32,000 nucleotides of DNA, taken from assembly GCF_004376175.1 (NCBI RefSeq), contig NZ_SNUY01000032.1, positions 1-32,000 on the forward strand, given 5' to 3'. This document shows, in pieces, positions 25,563 through 32,000 of this stretch. Position 1 is the stretch's first letter; every line of letters begins with the position of its first letter. Under the pieces are notes generated by a model, which worked only from the letters and a program-made list of their open reading frames with translations, was not told the origin of the DNA and did not search any database. Source of the stretch: Halalkalibacterium halodurans. Its GTDB lineage: Bacteria; Bacillota; Bacilli; Bacillales; Bacillaceae_D. Made by a program: the position numbers and the translations under genes.

Positions 25563-27734
25563 TTACTCTTCGTCTTCTTCTTTCTCGCCAGTCTTTGTTT
25601 CTTGACGGGTTGGCGAAGCTAGCTCAACGACCATATAGTCTCCAGGTGTAATTGTATCTCCTTCTTCAATGCTTTGACCGACGACAAATCCTTGACCAAA
25701 AAGGTTCACATTCACATCAAGGACATTCGCAACTTTCAACACATCACGTAGCGACCATCCGATCATGGACGGAAGAGTGTACGATTCACTTTCTGTTCGA
25801 AGAATGACTCGCTCCCCTTCTAGCAGTGTATGTCCTGAATACGGTTGCTGTCCTTCCACTGTGTCTCCTTCACCTAAAACGTATACTTTCATTCCTGCTT
25901 GTTCAAGCTCTTCCCGTGCCGATCGTGCTGATTCACCTATAAAGTCGGCTAGCTCATAACCTTCTTCTTCCTCATCCTTTAGCTCCTCTACTGAAGGAGA
26001 AATGTTCAAGTATTGGAGGCTGTGGTTCATAATCGTATTAAAGATTTTCGCCACTGGCTCCGATCCTACTTGGTTCGTGTTTAGCGACGGACGATCAACG
26101 GCCACATAGACGATCACACTCGGATCATCTTTTGGCGCCACCCCAATAAAAGAAAAGATATTCTGTCCATGACCATTTAAATAACCAGGACCGTCTGGAT
26201 TTCTTACTTGGGCTGTTCCTGTCTTTCCAGCCACATCGAATCCTTCTAAATAAAATGGACGACCCGTTCCTGATGACGAGGTAACGACCGTTTCCAAAAT
26301 GTCTCGTACTTCCTTTGCCGTTTCTTTAGAAATGGGCTCTCCTACCACTTCCGGTTCCTTCTCTGCAATGACCTTTCCTGTTTCAGAGTCTACAATTCGA
26401 TCAACGACATAAGGCTTCATCATCTTCCCATCGTTTGCAATCGCCGTCATGGCCTGAATTTGTTGAATCGGCGTCACAGCTGTCCCTTGTCCAAATGCTG
26501 TGGATGCCGCATCCCGTAGCGACCCTTTCGCATAGACGCTCGCTGCTTCATTCGGTAGATCAATACCTGTTGGTTCACCGAAACCAAATTCATCTAAGTA
26601 TTCGTAAAGTTTTTCAGGACCCAGCTTCTCCAAGGCAATTTTTGAAAACCCAACATTTGATGAGCGCTGCATCGCTTCTAGGTATGAAATCGTCCCCCAC
26701 CCGCGCCCTTGGTTATGGTCGCGAATCGGCGGGTTCGTATCATTTCTAATCGTATACGTACCAGATTGATACTGTTCATTAACGTTTAGTACCCCTTCCT
26801 CTAAAGCTGCCGCTAGGGTAAACACCTTCATCGTAGAACCAGGTTCATATCGATCTGATACAGCGTAGTTCATGTAGTTTGTAATTTGCTCATATTCATT
26901 CGGATTAAAGGTTGGCCGATTGCTCATCGCTAAAATTTGACCTGTTTTCGGGTCAGCGACGATCGCAATGATTCGCTCAGGTTTATATTCTTCCTCCACC
27001 TGTGTCATGACTTGATCTAATGCCGTCTGAATATTGGAATCTAAAGTCAAGTAGACATCATTTCCTGTTTTTGCCGGTTCAATTTGCTCACTCGGGCGCG
27101 GGAGAGGAATTCCTTGGCCGTCCTTCTTAAACCGAATCTCTCCATCCTCTCCACGAAGATATTCATCCAGGCTTCGCTCAAGACCCATACGTGATTCCCC
27201 CATGTCTCGGTCTGTGTAACCGATGAGGTGGGAAGCATATGTATGCTTCGGATAATATCGTCTCGGTTCTTCTGTGAAATAAATGCCTGGCAGATCTAAA
27301 TCGGCAATCTTATCTCGCTGCTCTTGTGTTAAGTTCCTTGCCCCAGCACCTAGCTCGACTTGGTAGACATCCCGTGTAAGCAATTCTAATAAGCGCTCTT
27401 CTGACATATTGATATGTTCTGCCAACAATTGAGCGGTCCGCTCCGGATCTTCTACTGCCGGTTGGTGAGAATTATCAAGAACGGCATATACAGAATAAGA
27501 CGTGACTTCTTCTGCCAGAGCATCGCCATTTCGATCCCTAATCGTGCCTCTTTTCCCATGAAGAACCTCAGAACTTGTCCACCTTGCCTCTGCAATTGCT
27601 TGAAGAGAGTAGCCTTTTACTTCTTTTTCGATTTGTAAATATAAGAACCTTGCAATTAAAACAGAGAATACGACGATAAACAAGACTAGCATGAGCACTG
27701 CACGTTTATTCGTCGCTGCTCGTTTAATGTCCAT
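25563..27734 (-). CDS. pbpB: Division-specific class B penicillin-binding protein PBP2B (FtsI homologue)
   Basis: It has an N-terminal TM segment, STMK, SSN and KTGTA motifs, two C-terminal PASTA repeats and an acidic tail. I prefer the ATG at 27734 (GGCGGAGGTG 8 nt upstream) over the track start at 27758. Confidence 0.92.
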   Translation of the reverse strand: MDIKRAATNKRAVLMLVLFIVVFSVLIARFLYLQIEKEVKGYSLQAIAEARWTSSEVLHGKRGTIRDRNGDALAEEVTSYSVYAVLDNSHQPAVEDPERTAQLLAEHINMSEERLLELLTRDVYQVELGAGARNLTQEQRDKIADLDLPGIYFTEEPRRYYPKHTYASHLIGYTDRDMGESRMGLERSLDEYLRGEDGEIRFKKDGQGIPLPRPSEQIEPAKTGNDVYLTLDSNIQTALDQVMTQVEEEYKPERIIAIVADPKTGQILAMSNRPTFNPNEYEQITNYMNYAVSDRYEPGSTMKVFTLAAALEEGVLNVNEQYQSGTYTIRNDTNPPIRDHNQGRGWGTISYLEAMQRSSNVGFSKIALEKLGPEKLYEYLDEFGFGEPTGIDLPNEAASVYAKGSLRDAASTAFGQGTAVTPIQQIQAMTAIANDGKMMKPYVVDRIVDSETGKVIAEKEPEVVGEPISKETAKEVRDILETVVTSSSGTGRPFYLEGFDVAGKTGTAQVRNPDGPGYLNGHGQNIFSFIGVAPKDDPSVIVYVAVDRPSLNTNQVGSEPVAKIFNTIMNHSLQYLNISPSVEELKDEEEEGYELADFIGESARSAREELEQAGMKVYVLGEGDTVEGQQPYSGHTLLEGERVILRTESESYTLPSMIGWSLRDVLKVANVLDVNVNLFGQGFVVGQSIEEGDTITPGDYMVVELASPTRQETKTGEKEEDEE

Positions 27735-27796
27735 ACTACATGCACCTCCGCCAGACACGTTCGTTACTACGCGAAAAAACTAGTTCCTCGGGAGAA

Positions 27797-28159
27797 CTAG
27801 TTTTGAACGACCTTCACATTCTCATCCTCTAATTTCATTCCAAGGCTTTTCGCAATTTTCAGGATACGTTCCGGACTGCTCAGTTCAACAACTTGCAATG
27901 AAAGACCATCATTAATTTGCTCTTGAGCTGCAACCGTCTGTTCAAGTTCATGAATCTCTCGATTGACAGAGTACATGGTGGCATAATTATGTACCGAAAA
28001 ACCGATGAACAGTAAAAACGCGACCGTTAGCATTCCTAGTAACATTTTTTCCCCTTTTGTAATTTTCCCTCTTTGCCTTCTCGGCCTTGGCGCAGGTTGT
28101 TGCGGAGCTTGTCCCGGTTGTCGGCGGACATGTTCAATCGATCTTGCTACGTTTTGCAT
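27797..28159 (-). CDS. ftsL: Cell-division protein FtsL
   Basis: It is a 120-aa bitopic protein with a basic, proline-rich N-terminus, one TM segment and a coiled-coil ectodomain. It is flanked by rsmH and pbpB. GGAGG lies 7 nt upstream of the start. Confidence 0.88.
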   Translation of the reverse strand: MQNVARSIEHVRRQPGQAPQQPAPRPRRQRGKITKGEKMLLGMLTVAFLLFIGFSVHNYATMYSVNREIHELEQTVAAQEQINDGLSLQVVELSSPERILKIAKSLGMKLEDENVKVVQN

Positions 28160-28206
28160 AGTTCAACCTCCCCTTTTTTCTTTATGTTGTTTAGTAGGTG
28201 TCCTGT

Positions 28207-29139
28207 CTATTGTTTCTCAGCGATTCGTAACTTCGCTGATCGTGCTCGATTGTTCAGTTCAATTTCTTCGGCAGTCGGAACGATCGGCTTTTTCGTAATA
28301 AGCTTCAATGTTGCTTTGTACTCCTCAGGAATGACAGGCAAACCAGGAGGAACATCCGGTCCCTTACTAGCCTCGCGAAACATTTCTTTGCAAATACGAT
28401 CCTCTAATGAATGAAATGTAATGACACAAATCCTGCCCTTTGGAGCCGTCAGGTCAATGGCTGCTTCCAACGCCTCTTCAAATGCTCCAAGTTCATCATT
28501 TACTGCAATTCGAATCGCCTGGAAAGTTCGTTTAGCCGGATGCCCCCCCGTCCGTCTAGCAGGCGCAGGAATGGCCTCCTTAATAATGTCAACTAATTCA
28601 CCTGTCGTTCGAATCGGCTTTTTTTCCCTAGATTGCTCTATTTTCCGAGCAATCTGTTTGGCAAACCGCTCCTCACCATAACGGGAAATGATCTTCATTA
28701 ACTCAATGAAATCCCATTGATTCACAACCTCATAAGCAGATAATGACTGTGAGCGATTCATTCTCATATCCAGTGGAGCATCTCGATGATAACTAAATCC
28801 TCTTTCATCCTCATCAAGTTGAGGGGAGGAAACACCGAGATCGAAAAGAACCCCGTCGACGTGGTGAACACCAAGTTCCTCTAATTTTTCTCTCATATAA
28901 CGAAAATTACTTTCGATTAACGTGAATGAACCACGATAAGGGCTAAGCGTTTCTTTTGCATGCGAAAGAGCATATTGGTCTTGATCGAACGCATATAAAT
29001 GGCCGCCTCCCGTTAATTGTTTAACAATTTCCTGAGAGTGCCCTGCCCCACCTAGTGTGCAGTCCACATAGATGCCATCAGGCTTAATATTTAACCCTAT
29101 AACAGATTCGTTTTTTAATACGGTAACATGTTCGAACAT
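28207..29139 (-). CDS. rsmH: 16S rRNA (cytosine1402-N4)-methyltransferase RsmH (MraW)
   Basis: [34 protein letters not shown]...D.D..A......L...DLGVSS.QLD...RGFSY...PLDMRM... are typical RsmH motifs. Confidence 0.96.
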   Translation of the reverse strand: MFEHVTVLKNESVIGLNIKPDGIYVDCTLGGAGHSQEIVKQLTGGGHLYAFDQDQYALSHAKETLSPYRGSFTLIESNFRYMREKLEELGVHHVDGVLFDLGVSSPQLDEDERGFSYHRDAPLDMRMNRSQSLSAYEVVNQWDFIELMKIISRYGEERFAKQIARKIEQSREKKPIRTTGELVDIIKEAIPAPARRTGGHPAKRTFQAIRIAVNDELGAFEEALEAAIDLTAPKGRICVITFHSLEDRICKEMFREASKGPDVPPGLPVIPEEYKATLKLITKKPIVPTAEEIELNNRARSAKLRIAEKQ

Positions 29140-29168
29140 GATTCGAGCTCCTTTTACGTCCCGACCGT

Positions 29169-29600
29169 TTACAAATCAAAATCAACGATGTTTTCAGCAA
29201 TCTCACTAAATGATTCTTCGGACTCTGCAAAGTACTCTTCCCAAAGCTCTTTGCTCCAAATCTCCACTCGGTTAGAAACACCGATGACGACACATTCTTT
29301 TTTCAACTGGGCAAATTCACGCAATGGGGAGGCAATATTTACTCTTCCCTGTTTGTCTAGTTCACATTCCGTAGCCCCCGAGAAAAAGAAACGGGTAAAA
29401 GCACGGGCGTCTTTTTTCGTAAATGGGAGGTTTTTAAGTGATTCTTCGAGCTTTTTCCATTCCACTTGAGGGTACACAAACAAGCAACGGTCCAGCCCAC
29501 GGGTTACAACGAATGTCTCGCCTAATTCATCACGAAACTTCGCAGGGATAATCATCCGTCCTTTTTCATCCACATTGTGGCGATATTCCCCCATGAACAT
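29169..29600 (-). CDS. mraZ: Transcriptional regulator MraZ
   Basis: [44 protein letters not shown]...DKQGRVNI... matches B. subtilis MraZ (143 aa). I set the start at the ATG at 29600. The track ORF is over-extended to 29651. Confidence 0.95.
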   Translation of the reverse strand: MFMGEYRHNVDEKGRMIIPAKFRDELGETFVVTRGLDRCLFVYPQVEWKKLEESLKNLPFTKKDARAFTRFFFSGATECELDKQGRVNIASPLREFAQLKKECVVIGVSNRVEIWSKELWEEYFAESEESFSEIAENIVDFDL

Positions 29601-29615
29601 GAGACTCCAGCTCCC

Positions 29616-29661
29616 CCCACTTTCTACCTTTAATCTACCACATCCCCCCACTTTTCACCAC
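29616..29661 (-). promoter_or_regulatory. Array of GTGG(G/T) boxes upstream of mraZ (putative MraZ operator, overlapping a weak extended -10 promoter)
   Basis: The minus strand reads ataGTGGTgaaaaGTGGGgggatGTGGTagattaaaggtagaaaGTGGGggga. The box 5' ends are at 29661, 29651 and 29641, an exact 10-bp period, with a fourth at 29620, 21 bp further on. AAAGTGGGGGGA occurs twice. TGgTAGATT (29640-29632) is a possible extended -10. Confidence 0.5.
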
Positions 29662-29686
29662 TATTATTTTTGATTCTTTTCCTAAC

Positions 29687-29718
29687 AAAAAAATCCTGCA
29701 CAAATGGCAGGATTTTTT
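29687..29718. terminator. Bidirectional intrinsic terminator after bshC
   Basis: The sequence is seven A with the last as the first stem base, giving ATCCTGC, then ACAAATG, GCAGGAT and five more T. The stem is 7 bp with A and T runs on both sides. Confidence 0.75.
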
Positions 29719-29754
29719 CTTCCCTTTCTTTCGACAGGGATCTTAGACGAATAT

Positions 29755-31371
29755 TTACAGTTTTACGAGGTAATGGACGCCCATTTTGTTGATATTCATG
29801 GAAATGAGCCTAGGGATGAAGTCATCACCTACGATATTTAACAATTGGATCACATGATCATGACGTTCTTGTAATAAACCATTAGGTTTGAGCCACCTTT
29901 CTGCTTCATCAAACTTAGATAGCTCATGTTCAAATCGTTCCCGAACGTGCCGCTTCATTCGGCGCTCCATAAACCGAAGTTGACTCTCAATAATAGACCA
30001 GTTTTTATTCGCTAATTTACCAGGTGTTTCTCCGATCTGTTCCGCTAGGTCTTTTATAGGTTTATGACTATGGCGGATTTGAGTAATCGCTTCCTCCACC
30101 ACTTGATCAATCGGCCACGGGGTTTGTTCTTCTAGCCATCCTTCTTTCTCCTTTTCTAATCCGTGTGCGATCGCTTTTTCATATGAATACTGTTTTTCAG
30201 CAAACCATTTTTGTACAGCAGACGGCACGCATGTTGCCGAAATGCGGGGGACAACTGGAGACATCTTCATCCCACATTCATGAAACACTCGTTTCAACGT
30301 TGCCCAATACGAAATTTCTCCAGGGCCTGCCACAAAGGCAAGGACAGGGAACAACGCATCTTGCATGACCGGCCTTGTGACAACATTGTTGCTAAAGCGC
30401 TCGGGGTGAAGGGTTAGGTGCTCAAGCAACTCTTCTCTAGAGAACGTTTGATTTTTTCCATTGAGTTCATAATTTTCTCCAGTATAATCGATACGGTAGC
30501 GAATCCCTTCCTCGACATAAAACAAATGAGCATTTGTTTCTTCGGTTATGATCGGTCTTCCATAACCAGCTTGTTCAAGCTTTTTCACTTGATGAGCAAA
30601 GGATCCTTGGACGTTTTTCGTTTTTTGGATCAGCATGTGAAAACAGGATTTCTCCAAGGTCCGAAAAGACGGGTCCCCTGAGTCAAAAACGACAAGCCCT
30701 TCGTCTCTAAACAAATAGAGAAGGAGCTCGGCAAAAAAATCCGTGTATGTATTCGATCTGCCAGCTAACGTTTTGACACGCTCATACAACGGGAGCGTAT
30801 GCTCTGTTTCTGGTAAGGAGCGAAATACAGTTGCTAACCATTTGGCGAGTGTCTCTTTGTTTAAGCCTGCTTCACTTGCGATCCGCTTCCGTTTTTCCTC
30901 AATTCTGTGTAACCGCCATCTCCCGTTTTTTTCAATGGGAACAGCGTTGATTTCATCAAGATCATGATCCTCTCCAGCGATCCAAAACACCGGAACCACT
31001 GGGACGCCTAATGCTCGCTCTTGTTCCCTTGCAAGCAAAACAATGGTCACAGCTTTATAAATCGTATAAAGGGGGCCTGTTAACAGGCCGGCCTGTTGGC
31101 CACCGATGACGACAACGGAGCGGGGATCTTTCAACTTTTCTACTTGCTGAGCAGCTTTATCATGAAAAACAAATCGTTTTTGATACGACAGAAGTGCTTT
31201 AGATAATGCATCGCGGTCGTAGGGTTGCCCCTGTAAGTCACTAAGGCGTTGCTGAAAAACAGTCGGTTGATGAATGTTATAATCAAAAAAGGATAACATG
31301 TCGTTCTGATTATTCAAATAATCTTTAGCAGCTTTAGATGAAGGGAGAAGCTTTAATTCCTCAACAATCAT
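29755..31371 (-). CDS. bshC: Bacillithiol biosynthesis cysteine-adding enzyme BshC (YllA)
   Basis: The 538-aa protein has KLKDP.S..V.GGQQAGLLTGPLYTI.K....LA...E..L.VPV.P.FW.AGEDHD.DEIN and HPERFSNNVVTRP.MQ......LAF.AGPGEI.YW blocks matching B. subtilis YllA/BshC. The position upstream of mraZ is conserved. Confidence 0.9.
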   Translation of the reverse strand: MIVEELKLLPSSKAAKDYLNNQNDMLSFFDYNIHQPTVFQQRLSDLQGQPYDRDALSKALLSYQKRFVFHDKAAQQVEKLKDPRSVVVIGGQQAGLLTGPLYTIYKAVTIVLLAREQERALGVPVVPVFWIAGEDHDLDEINAVPIEKNGRWRLHRIEEKRKRIASEAGLNKETLAKWLATVFRSLPETEHTLPLYERVKTLAGRSNTYTDFFAELLLYLFRDEGLVVFDSGDPSFRTLEKSCFHMLIQKTKNVQGSFAHQVKKLEQAGYGRPIITEETNAHLFYVEEGIRYRIDYTGENYELNGKNQTFSREELLEHLTLHPERFSNNVVTRPVMQDALFPVLAFVAGPGEISYWATLKRVFHECGMKMSPVVPRISATCVPSAVQKWFAEKQYSYEKAIAHGLEKEKEGWLEEQTPWPIDQVVEEAITQIRHSHKPIKDLAEQIGETPGKLANKNWSIIESQLRFMERRMKRHVRERFEHELSKFDEAERWLKPNGLLQERHDHVIQLLNIVGDDFIPRLISMNINKMGVHYLVKL

Positions 31372-31408
31372 AATTTACAGACGTCCTTTCTCGCCAGGAT
31401 ACGCCTTG

Positions 31409-31436
31409 AATTATAGCAAAATTCATTCTTCACACA
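31409..31436 (-). promoter_or_regulatory. Candidate sigma-A promoter for bshC: TTGTGT, 16-nt spacer, extended -10 TGcTATAAT
   Basis: On the minus strand there is a perfect TATAAT at 31414-31409, TG at 31417-31416, and the -35-like TTGTGT at 31436-31431. Confidence 0.5.
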
Positions 31437-31447
31437 AACTATTACGC

Positions 31448-31834
31448 TTAGTAGAATTTCATAATGTTCACCACAAGGCCGACTCCACTTAAAAGAAAGT
31501 AAAGAATAAAGAAGAACAGAAAGTTCAATCGCCAAATTCCTCTCGCTAACTTTCTAATGTATATATCCTCTGCGACCTTATAATGCATGTATGTAAAAAA
31601 CATTGCGATCAGAAAGAACACGGCAAGAATGATCCAAATAGACATATTTGTCCACATCGACTTTAGAATAAAATAGACACCTAACATAAACAGTAGTGTA
31701 GAGAAATCAGATGCCAGCCGAACAGATCGACGCTTGTTCTTCGTCCATTTTACAACAACAATATAAACCAAATACCATCCGATGAAGGGCACTGTAATCA
31801 CAGTAGCCACGAGCCAAACGAGCGCATTTGTCAA
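31448..31834 (-). CDS. Small four-TM membrane protein, probably DUF3397 family
   Basis: The 128-aa hydrophobic protein has four predicted TM segments. The TTG start has AAGGTGAGGA upstream and overlaps the panE stop (GTTGA). The family assignment is from memory of the gene that commonly precedes bshC in Bacillaceae and is not verified. Confidence 0.55.
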   Translation of the reverse strand: MTNALVWLVATVITVPFIGWYLVYIVVVKWTKNKRRSVRLASDFSTLLFMLGVYFILKSMWTNMSIWIILAVFFLIAMFFTYMHYKVAEDIYIRKLARGIWRLNFLFFFILYFLLSGVGLVVNIMKFY

Positions 31835-32000
31835 CCCATCCTCACCTTCCTTCCCTCTTCATCCATTCCCATCACCGCATGATAGACAAACGATGTGTTA
31901 GGGATTTCAATTCCTTTCTTAGCTGCTTCCTTTATAAGATATCCTGTAATACTCTCAATTTCAGTTCTTCTATGATGAGTCAAATCCATGTACATGGAGG
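31831..32000 (-). CDS. panE: 2-dehydropantoate 2-reductase (PanE/ApbA), C-terminal 55 codons; the gene enters from the right edge
   Basis: My translation SMYMDLTHHRRTEIESITGYLIKEAAKKGIEIPNTSFVYHAVMGMDEEGRKVRMG* carries the PanE C-terminal pattern SM..D......TEI..I.GY......G...P. ylbQ/panE precedes yllA in B. subtilis. Confidence 0.7.
   Translation of the reverse strand, partial: SMYMDLTHHRRTEIESITGYLIKEAAKKGIEIPNTSFVYHAVMGMDEEGRKVRMG

Noticed and set aside
1-32000. CRISPR arrays, tRNA or rRNA genes, prophage or defence-island gene content, and toxin-antitoxin pairs.
   Set aside because: I saw no regularly spaced direct repeats, no tRNA-like or rRNA-like sequence, and no unassigned multi-gene block. 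Every ORF of meaningful size maps to a known core function, apart from the DUF3397-like membrane protein and the IS fragment.

Overview
Essentially the whole window is one minus-strand block of conserved Bacillaceae core genes. It is the division and cell wall (dcw) cluster, then the spoIIG-sigG sporulation sigma operon, then the ylm-divIVA cluster. Reading along the minus strand from 32000 to 1, the order is: panE (3' end), DUF3397-like membrane protein, bshC, mraZ, rsmH, ftsL, pbpB, spoVD, murE, murF, mraY, murD, spoVE, murG, murB, divIB, ylxW, ylxX, sbp, ftsA, ftsZ, a 610-nt non-coding gap, spoIIGA, sigE, sigG, a yybP-ykoY Mn2+ riboswitch with a TerC-family gene, ylmC, ylmD/pgeF, ylmE, sepF, ylmG, ylmH, divIVA, and the 5' end of an ISLre2/UPF0236-type transposase that runs off the left edge. 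All calls rest on my own recognition of the translated ORFs against remembered Bacillus subtilis orthologues and on motifs read directly from the DNA; no searches were run. Many ORF-track starts are over-extended, so I re-set them using Shine-Dalgarno spacing and orthologue N-termini. I do not see a convincing new multi-gene system, and this is mostly ordinary, highly conserved territory. The places that differ from the B. subtilis layout or have unexplained structure are listed below. (1) An IS element lies directly downstream of divIVA, next to a 46-nt palindrome. (2) A Mn2+ riboswitch is followed by two near-identical hairpins that could act as a folding relay. (3) An anti-SD hairpin covers the sigG ribosome-binding site. 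(4) The ftsZ-spoIIGA gap contains a spoIIG-type promoter with a 22-nt spacer, a plus-strand terminator, a GC-rich island bracketed by inverted repeats, and about 245 nt of unassigned sequence. (5) GTGG(G/T) boxes with 10-bp phasing lie upstream of mraZ. (6) murF sits inside the cluster. The long plus-strand ORFs in the track are antisense shadows of the real genes.
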